From an uncultured Gemmatimonadota bacterium (GTDB lineage Bacteria; JAAXHH01): a stretch of DNA of 64,000 bases. The stretch is taken from NCBI GenBank assembly GCA_951812955.1, contig OX638340.1, forward strand, positions 2,816,001 to 2,880,000. The letters are read 5' to 3'. The notes beneath the pieces were generated by a model. That model was given only the letters and a program-made list of their open reading frames with translations, had not been told where the DNA came from and ran no database searches. The position numbers and the translations under genes are program-made. Within the stretch, counting starts at the first letter, position 1; every line of letters starts with the position of its first letter. Below are positions 10,548 through 21,101 of the stretch, piece by piece.

Positions 10548-10642
10548 CCGAAGGGCACGGCATGCGCGGAAGGACCGTCCCGGTTCGCCGCCTACCGAAG
10601 GGCGCGGCATGCGCTGGAAGGACCGTCCCGGTTCGCCGCCGA
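10548..10642. repeat. 47/48-bp tandem duplication (x2) in the DUF2400-serS spacer
   Basis: CCGAAGGGCACGGCATGCGCGGAAGGACCGTCCCGGTTCGCCGCCTA (10548-10594) is repeated at 10595-10642 with 3 substitutions (2 internal, 1 at the last base) and a 1-nt insertion. Confidence 0.9.
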
Positions 10643-10703
10643 ACGTCGGACTTGGCAGGAGATCTCTCGTCGGCACGTGCGGAACGCCGGCCCAGCCGGA
10701 AGG

Positions 10704-11513
10704 TCAGCGGTCTCTGAACTCCAGCATGCCCCAGTGGCACATGGCGAAGTCGTACTTCACCGGGTCTTCCGGGTCGAACCTTCTCAACGCCCGCGTGACT
10801 TCCTCGGCCATTTTCCAATCCGCCTGCCGCCTGGACGTGAGGCCCAGCCGCCTGGAAATCCGAGCAACGTGGGTGTCGATCGGCATCACCAGGCGGGCGG
10901 GCGAAATACTCCGCCAGAGGCCCAGGTCCGGGGCTTCCCGCCGAACCATCCAGCGGACGTAGAGGTTCATCCGCTTGCAGGCGCTTCCCGATCTCGGGGA
11001 GGGTAACAGGTAGCGGATCCCCGTTTTCGTCCGGTGCCGATCCGTTAGAAGGTCCTCCTGGGCGAAGCCGAGGAGCGTGTCGGTGAAATGGCTCAACGCG
11101 GGACCCGTATGGGGGTCCGATGCGCGATGTCCCGCGGCGAACAGCGCGCCAAGGGAGCCATGGCGCAGCAGGGCCTTCTGCATAAGCTCGGCCAACAGCG
11201 ACAGGTCGCTTCCCCGCGTCCACCGGTATACGAACCCGTCGAATCGACCTCCGTCCCGCCTCGGGTCGAAACCCATGACGAAATCCCGGGGCGCGTCTCC
11301 CATCCTCCTCAATGCTTCGACGGCCGCATCCGTGATGGTTTCCGCCCGGCCGTAAGCCAGCGAGGCCGAGACCAGGCCGGCGATCTCCTGGTCTTCAGGA
11401 CGGTCGAAGCGTCTTACCACTTCGACCGGGTCGGTCGAAATCATCGAAAGATCGAATAAACGGTACAGTTCTTCCAACCGGTTTCCGATCTTGGTCCTGT
11501 CGATACGCGGCAT
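10704..11513 (-). CDS. TIGR02757/DUF2400 family protein (HhH-GPD-like fold, function unknown)
   Basis: 269 aa. Carries the family's conserved C-terminal blocks GSACKRMNLYVRWMVR, MPIDTHVARISRRLGL and DPVKYDFAMCHWG. Confidence 0.75.
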   Translation of the reverse strand: MPRIDRTKIGNRLEELYRLFDLSMISTDPVEVVRRFDRPEDQEIAGLVSASLAYGRAETITDAAVEALRRMGDAPRDFVMGFDPRRDGGRFDGFVYRWTRGSDLSLLAELMQKALLRHGSLGALFAAGHRASDPHTGPALSHFTDTLLGFAQEDLLTDRHRTKTGIRYLLPSPRSGSACKRMNLYVRWMVRREAPDLGLWRSISPARLVMPIDTHVARISRRLGLTSRRQADWKMAEEVTRALRRFDPEDPVKYDFAMCHWGMLEFRDR

Positions 11514-11686
11514 TGCGGAGCGTCCGTGTCTACTGGCCAGGTTACGATGCCTTGAGTCCGGTTAAGGGATGGCATAAGCGGCTTGACTTTAATATATTGT
11601 ATGTCGCGATTCCCGTAACCCGATTCGTGCCGTTGATGAGCCGTGCCGGACGAGTACGGCCGTGGACAGGCTGAGAGGCGTCCTAC

Positions 11687-12697
11687 ATGAACCCCGAGCA
11701 GCTGCTTCGGCAGATTGAGCAAGGCCGGATCGATGCGGTGTACTTCTTCACCGGCGACGAAGCGTACCGCAAGGAAGAAGCCGTGGACGCGCTGGTCGCC
11801 CGTGTCGTCGAACCGGGCACGGAAGCATTCTGCCTGGACGTGCTTCGCGGCGACGAGTGCGATGCCGCGGCCATATTGACCGCCGCGTCCCTCGTGCCCA
11901 TGATGGCCGAGCGCCGGGTCGTCGTCGTAAGGGACTTCCACAAGTTGCCTCAGAAGGATCGGGAAGCCGTCGCGGATTACGCGGAGCGGCCCGTGCCCAC
12001 CGCGGTCCTGGTGCTCGAGACGCCTCGGGTGAATCTGAAGACCAAACTTAACGCACGGCTGGCGTCGTCGTCGGTTTCTGTAGTGTTCTACCCCCTGTTC
12101 CCCGAAAAGGTTCCCCCCTGGCTTCAGCAGCACGCGAGACGCTACGGTAAGCGGATGACGCCCGAAGCAGCGCACCAGTTGCAGGCCATCGTGGGATCGG
12201 ACCTGGGGGAACTGGCCGGAGAGGTGGAGAAACTGGCCGTGTTCGTCGGCGGCCGGGATTCGATTGCGGCCGGAGACGTGGAAAGTTCGCTCGGACCCGT
12301 TCGCGCGGGTTCGGTTTTCGACATCGCCGAGGCCGTCGGCGAGAAGGACCTCGCCCGGGCGCTGGATGCCTACGAGCGCGCGATGGACGCAGGAGACGCG
12401 CCCCAGGCCATCGTGGCGCTCTTCGTCCGCCACCTGGTGATACTCTGGAAGATCCGGTTCCTGAAACGGGATCGCCGGACAGACGACGAAATCAAGAAGC
12501 AACTGCAGCTGGGATGGGGGTTCAACCGGTTTTACAACCGCTACTCCGCACAATCCAGGCTCCTCTCGGGACGGGATCTGCTGAGCGGGTTCGAGGCACT
12601 CTACGAAGCCGATACATCCCTTAAATCCAGCGCGTTGCCCCCCGAACTCGTCATGCGTCGGCTCTTGTATACTTTATGTACCGGCCAGGCGGCTTAG
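11687..12697 (+). CDS. holA: DNA polymerase III delta subunit
   Basis: 336 aa. N-terminal block AVYFFTGDEAYRKEEAVDAL, then VVVVRD, and a helical C-terminal half. HolA-like length and architecture. Confidence 0.8.
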   Translation: MNPEQLLRQIEQGRIDAVYFFTGDEAYRKEEAVDALVARVVEPGTEAFCLDVLRGDECDAAAILTAASLVPMMAERRVVVVRDFHKLPQKDREAVADYAERPVPTAVLVLETPRVNLKTKLNARLASSSVSVVFYPLFPEKVPPWLQQHARRYGKRMTPEAAHQLQAIVGSDLGELAGEVEKLAVFVGGRDSIAAGDVESSLGPVRAGSVFDIAEAVGEKDLARALDAYERAMDAGDAPQAIVALFVRHLVILWKIRFLKRDRRTDDEIKKQLQLGWGFNRFYNRYSAQSRLLSGRDLLSGFEALYEADTSLKSSALPPELVMRRLLYTLCTGQAA

Positions 12698-12856
12698 TTC
12701 CGGTCGGGCAAGCAGACAAACCAGGCATCGACGACCGGCCGGGCAGGCAAGCAAACAGGCAGGCGGACAAATCACACAGGCCAGCCCTGTAGGGTTCACC
12801 GGGCAAATCAGGCATCGACGGCCGGAGGGACGGATAGGCGCAAGCGCGCCGCGTAA

Positions 12857-13846
12857 ATGAACACGACCGAAGGTATCGTAATCAGGGAACACCGGGGCGT
12901 ATTCGACGTGGAAACCCCACACGGGATCTACGCCTGCGCGTTGCGCAGCAGGATGAAGAAAGCGCTGATCTATCCGGAGCGGGACAACCAGCATCACTCC
13001 GTGGAGCAGGTCGGCCGTATCGGTACCGTGAATCCTGTCGCCATAGGGGATCGCGTGCGCTTCGTGGAGGACCAGGGGGAGACCGGCGCCATAGAGGAAG
13101 TGCTTCCGCGCCGCACCAAACTCTCCCGACTCGCCCCCGGCAAGCGGCGCATGGAACAGATCATGATCGCCAACGCCGACTATCTCGTCGTCGTCTTCTC
13201 GGTGAGGGACCCGAACCCGAATCTGCAGTTGCTGGACCGTCTGCTCGTGGCCGCGGAAGCCGGCAACCTGGCCCCGGTCGTCTGCCTGAACAAGATCGAT
13301 CTGGCGGAAGACGGGGATCCGGATCTCGCTGGTATCTACGAACGGTGCGGTTACCGCGTCATCCGGGCCAGCGCGGTGACGGGGAAAGGGGTCGACCTGC
13401 TGAAGGCAACGCTGCGGAACAGGATTTCCGCGATCGCGGGTCCGTCCGGTGCGGGGAAGACATCCCTGCTGAACGCCATGCAATCCGGCCTGGGACTTCG
13501 GGTTCGCGAGGTGAACCGGACGACGGGCCGGGGCCGGCACACCACCACTTACCTCGCCGCGCACAAGCTCGATGCAGGAGGCCTGGTGATTGACTCACCG
13601 GGGATCCGGGAATTCAGCCTGTGGGACGTCTCGCCACGCGAGCTTCCGGAGTTGTTCCCGGAAATGCGTGGCCATCTGTCGGGCTGCAGGTTCCACGACT
13701 GCACGCACGTCCACGAACCGGACTGTACCCTTCGGGACGCCCTCTCGGCGGGCGCCGTATCCCGGGAGCGGTACGAAAGCTACGTCGCATTGCGAAACGA
13801 ACTGGCTGGCGGGCGGAAGGCGGGCAGGGACGGCCTGCCGGGTTGA
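12857..13846 (+). CDS. rsgA: ribosome small-subunit-dependent GTPase A
   Basis: 329 aa. OB-fold N-terminus. Circularly permuted GTPase (NKIDL ... GPSGAGKTSLLN). C-terminal zinc knuckle CRFHDCTHVHEPDC. Confidence 0.93.
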   Translation: MNTTEGIVIREHRGVFDVETPHGIYACALRSRMKKALIYPERDNQHHSVEQVGRIGTVNPVAIGDRVRFVEDQGETGAIEEVLPRRTKLSRLAPGKRRMEQIMIANADYLVVVFSVRDPNPNLQLLDRLLVAAEAGNLAPVVCLNKIDLAEDGDPDLAGIYERCGYRVIRASAVTGKGVDLLKATLRNRISAIAGPSGAGKTSLLNAMQSGLGLRVREVNRTTGRGRHTTTYLAAHKLDAGGLVIDSPGIREFSLWDVSPRELPELFPEMRGHLSGCRFHDCTHVHEPDCTLRDALSAGAVSRERYESYVALRNELAGGRKAGRDGLPG

Positions 13847-13882
13847 CCAGGTGGCAGGGACGGCCTGCCGGGTTGACCGGGC
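13823..13882 (+). repeat. 30-bp tandem duplication (x2) of the rsgA 3' end including the stop codon
   Basis: GGCAGGGACGGCCTGCCGGGTTGACCAGGT (13823-13852) is repeated at 13853-13882 with 3 mismatches in the last 4 bases. Both copies carry an in-frame TGA and the small hairpin GGCAGG-GACGG-CCTGCC. A third partial TTGACCAGG lies at 13901-13909. Confidence 0.9.
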
Positions 13883-13921
13883 CTATCGGACCTGTCCAGT
13901 TTGACCAGGCCTGCAGGAAAA

Positions 13922-14392
13922 TCAGAAGCCGATACCACGGTCCGCGTCCGCGCGGATCCCGGCAAAAGTGATCGGCGCGTCCAGCGACAGATCCATTTCC
14001 CGGCCCGTGATGAGCCGCTTCGACCGTATCAAGACGTTCAGGTGGTTGGGCAGGTGCGTCTCGTCGAATCCCGAGACTTTTCCGATTTCTTCCTGCTGGA
14101 CGGTGACTGCGTCCCCGCACAGAAGCAGGCCCGCCTCCGAGACCTCCACGAAGCCGATGTAGGCGGTCCGGTTCACTTCCGATCCCGGTTCGGCCCCTTC
14201 TTCGTCGGTGCAGACGAGTTCCAGGACATCTCCCCGTCTTACCGCCCGGGAAAGCTGGGGGATCAGTTTCAGTCCCCGGTCCTCCGAGGTCAGGTCCAGG
14301 ACGGCGAAGAGACGAGCCGACAGCTCCGTCTTGCTCGAATAGTGCGTCCGCTTGACCTTGCCTTCTACGTGAGGATCCCTGGACCCCGCCAT
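13922..14392 (-). CDS. hypothetical protein (156 aa)
   Basis: ORF in the operon position downstream of dacB. Start chosen at the ATG preceded by GGAAGGAG (MAGSRDPHVEGKV...). I recognise no family. The ORF track extends to 14467, overlapping dacB. Confidence 0.55.
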   Translation of the reverse strand: MAGSRDPHVEGKVKRTHYSSKTELSARLFAVLDLTSEDRGLKLIPQLSRAVRRGDVLELVCTDEEGAEPGSEVNRTAYIGFVEVSEAGLLLCGDAVTVQQEEIGKVSGFDETHLPNHLNVLIRSKRLITGREMDLSLDAPITFAGIRADADRGIGF

Positions 14393-14426
14393 GTTCGGCT
14401 CCTTCCGGTAAGTTGTTTCTCGCAGG

Positions 14427-15916
14427 TCATTTCCGACTGAACTCCGCCAGCAGGGCCCCGATCTCATCCTGCGTTCGCCGGGCCGTCGACGCCGAGCCTA
14501 CGAAGTTGTTCATCATGATCGAGAAGACCAGGGGTTCGCCGTCCCGGGTGTGGACGTAGCCGCTCAGGCAACTCACGCCGGTCAGAGTCCCTGTCTTTGC
14601 CCTGAGATTTCCCATGGCCGCCGTGTCCTTCATCCGGTTTCTCAGGGACCCGTCCACTCCGGCGACGGGTAACGCCTCCAGGTAGCTGCGGCCGATCTCG
14701 GGATCGTGGTACGCCGCCGTCAGCAGTTCCACGATCTGGTCGGGAGACACGTAGTTGTACCACGAAAGGCCGGAACCGTCCGCGAACCGGTAATCGGCGG
14801 GATCCAGGCCGATGTAGTCCGTCAGGACCCGCCGCAACACCGCCAGGCCGTCGGCGGACGAGCCCGGATCGCCCGTCGCGTGACGTCCCATGGTCTTCAC
14901 GAGCAGCTCCGCCGTCAGGTTGCTGCTGTGCTTGAGCAAGCGGGCCAGGGCCCCGGTAACCGGCGGTGACCGGTAGGACGCCACCGTCCGGGCGCGCGTC
15001 GGCGTGATTCCCCTGCGTACCGGTCCCGCGACGCGGATGCCGCGGGCCTGCAGCATGTCCCGGAACAGTTTCCCCGCGTAAATTCCGGGTTCTTCGACGG
15101 ACCGGTAGTATGCCCGTTCACCCTCATCCATGCCGATCCGGCCGGATATCCTGATCCTGTTGGACAGCGACGGCCAGTCCCGCTCGACCATGAGCGGCTC
15201 GGCGGACGAAGTATCCCCCGCGGCGACCGTCAGGGCCCGGATTTCGAAAGTAACGGCCGTCGTCGGCGGTTCGACCCGGACCGTTGCGGGCGCGCCGACG
15301 GCGGTGCCGGGCGATATGCCGATCTTCACGCTGTTGCCGTTCACCGAGAGCGCGTTCAGGGAGGCGGAGTAACTGTGCTGCACGTCGTCCCACATCCATC
15401 CTTCTCCGTAGGGTATGCCGTCCAGGTACGCATCGTCGACGACGATGTCGCCCGCGATGACCCGTGCCCCGCTCGATCCGGCGACGCGGCCGGCGAGGCT
15501 GTCCAGGTGCGCCGATTCCAGCATGGGATCTCCGCGCCCGAGCAGGTACAGCGAAGCGTGTAGCGTGTCGCCGCTGACATAAGCGTCACCGTCTGCGAAT
15601 ACGCTCGTCAGGTAGCGATAGCCGGGGCCCATGGTCTGCAGAACGCCCAGGGCGGTGAACAGCTTCGTATTGGACGCGGGATGGAACAGTCCGTCGGAAT
15701 GCCGGGAGAAGAGTATCCGGCCGGTGACCGGCGACGCGACCTTCACGCCTATAGTCATGGGGGCCAGGCCGGGACGGTCCAGGATCTCACGCAAGTCGTC
15801 CGCCAGGCGCCGCTCAGGTCCGGAGGGCGCCCCGCGGAACTGCAGCGGGCCGCCGCATGCGGTTACGAGCAGGGCCAGGATCAGCGACAGAATTCCGGTG
15901 GAGGCGGGTAACGTTT

Positions 15917-15920
<4 letters not shown>
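14427..15920 (-). CDS. dacB: D-alanyl-D-alanine carboxypeptidase/endopeptidase (PBP4, peptidase S13)
   Basis: 497 aa. Lipoprotein-type signal ([10 protein letters not shown]). SxxK as ASNTKL. KTG as AKTGTL. PBP4-like length and layout. Confidence 0.88.
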
Positions 15921-17242
<1,322 letters not shown>

Positions 17243-17300
17243 GTGACCCCGTTTTTACTTTCTGCAACCGCTACTTTTTTGAAAAAAATGAAATAAAATG

Positions 17301-17329
17301 TTGACTAAGAATCGGGCCGAATATATACT
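17301..17329 (+). promoter_or_regulatory. putative sigma-70-type promoter with no obvious downstream gene
   Basis: TTGACT (17301-17306), 17-nt spacer, TATACT (17324-17329), inside an AT-rich 690-bp spacer. The nearest + strand CDS is about 600 nt away. Confidence 0.35.
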
Positions 17330-17645
17330 TATAACTCGCTAAACGGAGCATAGTTAAACACATCCGAACCATAGCCAGCGCAACACCTTATGCGGGGCCG
17401 TGTACAATGTCAAGGAAGATTTGGCGGCAGACGCGGGTGTGCAATGGGTATGATAGCGCGATGGATACGGACCGTGTTATGCAATTCGTTTCAGACCATG
17501 ACGAAGGATGAAGTTATTTTCGTGTTATTCGTCGTACGCAACCATTCCACGCAGATGGCAGAATTCGGCCAATGGTCTCGTATTGCTTAGAGTCCCATAG
17601 GGTTTCGGATTCAGCCAGGTGCGCGGTGGCGGAACGCTGGAAATC

Positions 17646-17661
17646 TGGCACGTTGTTTGCA
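17646..17661 (+). promoter_or_regulatory. sigma-54 (RpoN) -24/-12 promoter
   Basis: CTGGCACGTTGTTTGCAT matches the consensus YTGGCACG-N4-TTGCW. GG at 17647-17648 and GC at 17659-17660 have the canonical spacing. Faces the TonB-dependent receptor operon about 270 nt downstream. Confidence 0.7.
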
Positions 17662-17934
17662 TTTGAAGGTTACTCGGATTCCTCGAACTCAAAATCGGTT
17701 TTTCGTTGCGTGTTCATGCCCTTGCACGCGACGGTTTGTATGTCGTTTCTTATGTAAAGGTATTTACGATTATCTATATTTATACGATTGCCCCACTACC
17801 ATCGCTGGAGGGAGGTGAGTGTCACGGAGTAAGGTTGTAGAATTCAAAGTCGAGAGAGCAATACTACGATACCGTCAGCAGGCCGGGGCAAGCTGACAAT
17901 AATCAGAAGGGCTCTGTTAATGAGGAGTGAATTG

Positions 17935-20900
17935 ATGTCTATAACAATTTCACGAGCTTTGCGCTTCGCATTCGCTTTCGCGTTAGTGCTCAGCATCTCG
18001 ACGGATGCACTGGCGCAGTTGTCGCTGGGTAAAGTTTCCGGTGTCGTGGTCGACAGTGAGACGCGGGAACCGCTGCCGGCAGCCAGTGTCCAAATCGAGG
18101 GCACGGTTTTGGGTGCGATGGCGAATGACATGGGCGAGTACTTTATTCTTAACGTACCGCCCGGCAACTACACCGTGGTGGTGAACGTCATCGGTTATGT
18201 CCCGGTGCGTGCCATAGGTACCGAGGTACACGCCGACTTGACCACGACGATGCACTTCGAGCTGGATTCGACGATTCTCGACTCCGCCGAAGCGGTCGAG
18301 GTCGTGGCGACACGGGATCTGGTCGAGAAGAGTCTCACTTCCACCCGGACCATCGTGGCGGCCGAGGAAATCCAGGCGCTGCCGGTGACCAGCATCGCCG
18401 AAGTGGTTCTGACCACGGCGGGCAGTTTCGGCGGCCGGCTCCGCGGCGGCGAAGCCAATCAATCGCAGACCACGCTGGACGGTTCAACAGTGACCGGGCA
18501 GCGAACTAATGAAAGTCAGGCGTTTGCGATCAACCCCTACATGATCCAGGAACTCGAGGTCAAGACGGGAACGTTCAACGCCGAGTACGTGAACGCGTTG
18601 GCCGGGATCACTTCGGTGGTTACCCGTGAAGGCGGTGCGAGTTACAACGGTAACTTCGAATACCGCACGTTGGGCCAGAAGGGTCTGAATTGGGCCAAGC
18701 CGCCCGAACTCGACATCGTGGACGCGTACCGCGCCGGAACCTGGTCGGAAGCCGACTTGCGCAAGGTCATTCAGGACGCGATCGACAAGACGAACGAGTT
18801 CAACAGTGATCCCGCACGCGCGGAGGACGGACTCAGGATGCAGGATCCCTTCGACGTGCTGGACATGACCGGAGCCCCGGATAGCTGGTCCGCCATCTAC
18901 AAGCGGGACAACTATTATTGGGATTACGACCGCGTCATTCCCGAACCCGAAGCCATCACGTGGTCCTACCTGACCGACGGATTGCCGGAAGCCCAGGCCA
19001 ATAGTTTCGCGGTGGACCGGTCTTTCCATCCTGATAAATACAACCAGTTCGCCCAGAACAACCGGACCGAGAAACGTCCGGTACAGATTGACTTCGGTAT
19101 GGGCGGTCCACTGGGCGACAAGCTGAACTGGTTCGCGTCGGGACGTTTCGCGGAGAGTTGGGGTCGCAATCCCGACGATTACATCCGTGTGATGAACTCC
19201 TTCATCAAGATGACCTACCGGCCTACCGTCAGCACCAAGGTGACCATGTCCGGACTCATCGAAGACACGGGTTTCTTCAGCAAGAAGGGCCAGCGGGGCT
19301 CAGCCAGCGTCGGCGGAACTTTCGACCCCGGTGCCTCGAACTATGGTTGGAAGTACAATAAAGAAGGTCTCAACCAGAATTTCGGCGGCCGAGTGCATGT
19401 GAATGCGTCGTTTACCCAGACGCTCAGTCCCCGTACCTTCTACGAGATCCGGTTTAGCCACCTGCGCGAGTACAACGAGCGCTATAATCCCAAGTACGGC
19501 AAGGAACCGCTGCCGTCCCTCACCGACGCGTTCATCCACTCCGTTGGATATTCGCCGCTCGAGCAGGGTAGCGGCACGCAGGTACCTTATATCCTGTACG
19601 GCGATGAGGCTTACTCCTCGATCGATTTCGGTAACTACACGAGTCGACGCCCGTTCAAGACCGACGTCAGCTTCGCCATTACAAGCCAGGTCACCTCGAA
19701 TCACCAGTTCAAGGGCGGCTTCGGTGTTGTGATGAATGATTATGAAGAGAACACGCGCGGTCCAGCCCGTGGAAACGCCGTGACGCTCTTCAACGATCTG
19801 AATCGGGATCCAACTGCCAGCGTACTGCCCCTCGCAGGACGCCAGGCTCACGTGTATCCGTTCGAATTATTCGCGTACATGCAGGATCGGATCGAGTACG
19901 GAAGCCTTGTGGTAAACGCGGGAGTGCGGCTGGACATGTTCGACGCCAACGCCAACGCGATCAATCCTTATCGTCCGCGTCCGGGCCCCGATCCCGAACA
20001 CGACGATCCGGAATACCGCACGCTTGCTCCGTCGATGAAGACGGGTCTCGCGCCGCGCCTGGGTATCTCCCATCCGATCACGGATCGCGCCGCGCTGCAT
20101 TATTCGTACGGTATCTTCAACCAGCGTCCCTCGCTGGAGAACCTGTTCACCGGTCTGGTTCAAACCTCCTCGTTTGAGCGCAACCACGGAAACCCGGATC
20201 TGCCGTTCCAGAAGTCCACGAACTACGAAATGGGTCTGCAGGCCGAGGTCTATCCCGGATACTATCTGGACGTTACCGGTTATTTCCGGGATGTTAACAA
20301 CCTGCCGCTGGTATGGCTCTTCGCGCCGGACGTAGCCTTCATCGGCGGTTCGCAGCGCGAAATCTCCATCCTGCTTCCGACTTTCGCACAGGATACGCGG
20401 GGACTCGAGGTGTCGTTACGGCGCCAGATGGCCAATCGGTTCTCATTGCGGGCCAATTACACCCTGGCCTTCACATCCAATCTGACCACGCCCCAAACGG
20501 TCCGTGAACGCGGCGGCGAGACGGTGCTCGTGTTCTCCGACTTCGTGGACGGAACACCGACGCCCGATACCTACATCCGCGAATTCACCCAGTTCGACCG
20601 ACGACATCGGATCGTAACGAACCTCCTGGTCGAGCTGCCCTACGGCATCAGCGCTTCTGTACTGACCAAGGCGCAGAGCGGCAACCAGTACCGCACGTCC
20701 AGCGAGCAGGCAATCGATCCGCTCGGTTTGCTTGCCGCATCGCAACGCTCGCCCTGGACGTGGACGAGCGACCTGTACGCCCAGAAGAATTTCGATCTGG
20801 GTAACGTACGCCTCGGCGTGTTCGCCCAGGTCAATAACATCTTTGACCGAGTGAACATCTACAGCATCACCGGTGGCTCTAACAACGCGAGCGGCGACCG

Positions 20901-21012
20901 CTGGCAACGCCGGGGAGATCCCGTCGGTCTCACAGGCGGTCCTGTGGGCGGAATCGGCACGCAGGCCAACGGTCCTCGTGACATCTGGTTGGGTCTCAAC
21001 TTAGCATGGTAA
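17935..21012 (+). CDS. TonB-dependent receptor with N-terminal carboxypeptidase-regulatory-like domain
   Basis: Start at the ATG preceded by GAGGAG. Signal peptide ...LSISTDALAQ. CarbopepD_reg-like segment (VSGVVVDSETREPLPAASVQIEG...NVPPGNYTVVVNVIGY). Plug region, then a long beta-barrel rich in alternating aromatic residues, ending with a terminal aromatic (LNLAW). Confidence 0.85.
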   Translation: MSITISRALRFAFAFALVLSISTDALAQLSLGKVSGVVVDSETREPLPAASVQIEGTVLGAMANDMGEYFILNVPPGNYTVVVNVIGYVPVRAIGTEVHADLTTTMHFELDSTILDSAEAVEVVATRDLVEKSLTSTRTIVAAEEIQALPVTSIAEVVLTTAGSFGGRLRGGEANQSQTTLDGSTVTGQRTNESQAFAINPYMIQELEVKTGTFNAEYVNALAGITSVVTREGGASYNGNFEYRTLGQKGLNWAKPPELDIVDAYRAGTWSEADLRKVIQDAIDKTNEFNSDPARAEDGLRMQDPFDVLDMTGAPDSWSAIYKRDNYYWDYDRVIPEPEAITWSYLTDGLPEAQANSFAVDRSFHPDKYNQFAQNNRTEKRPVQIDFGMGGPLGDKLNWFASGRFAESWGRNPDDYIRVMNSFIKMTYRPTVSTKVTMSGLIEDTGFFSKKGQRGSASVGGTFDPGASNYGWKYNKEGLNQNFGGRVHVNASFTQTLSPRTFYEIRFSHLREYNERYNPKYGKEPLPSLTDAFIHSVGYSPLEQGSGTQVPYILYGDEAYSSIDFGNYTSRRPFKTDVSFAITSQVTSNHQFKGGFGVVMNDYEENTRGPARGNAVTLFNDLNRDPTASVLPLAGRQAHVYPFELFAYMQDRIEYGSLVVNAGVRLDMFDANANAINPYRPRPGPDPEHDDPEYRTLAPSMKTGLAPRLGISHPITDRAALHYSYGIFNQRPSLENLFTGLVQTSSFERNHGNPDLPFQKSTNYEMGLQAEVYPGYYLDVTGYFRDVNNLPLVWLFAPDVAFIGGSQREISILLPTFAQDTRGLEVSLRRQMANRFSLRANYTLAFTSNLTTPQTVRERGGETVLVFSDFVDGTPTPDTYIREFTQFDRRHRIVTNLLVELPYGISASVLTKAQSGNQYRTSSEQAIDPLGLLAASQRSPWTWTSDLYAQKNFDLGNVRLGVFAQVNNIFDRVNIYSITGGSNNASGDRWQRRGDPVGLTGGPVGGIGTQANGPRDIWLGLNLAW

Positions 21013-21101
21013 ATCCAACGCGGGAAGACGCGCAGTTAAAAGGTGTCTTCCCGCCAGGTTGGCGACGTTCGCAGAACGTTGCCGGCATAAGGAGGTTCAT
21101 T

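Noticed and set aside
12705-12825. Degenerate repeats after holA (CGGGCAA..CAGGCATCGACGRCCGG twice, plus CAGGCA-rich filler).
   Set aside because: The copies are imperfect and separated by low-complexity sequence. It is mentioned under the general duplication finding but is not solid enough to annotate as a feature.
17390-17757. Small ORFs (66 aa and 61 aa) in the AT-rich spacer.
   Set aside because: They have no RBS and an odd Cys/Arg-rich composition. The second spans the sigma-54 promoter. Not callable as genes from sequence alone.
17662-17934. Possible cobalamin or TPP riboswitch in the TBDR leader, since such receptors are often riboswitch-controlled.
   Set aside because: I could not find the B12 box (AGYCMGGAGACCKGCC-like), the GCCACTG core, or the TPP CTGAGA/ACCTGATCTGGATAATGCCAGCG elements. 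An Infernal scan would be needed to be sure.
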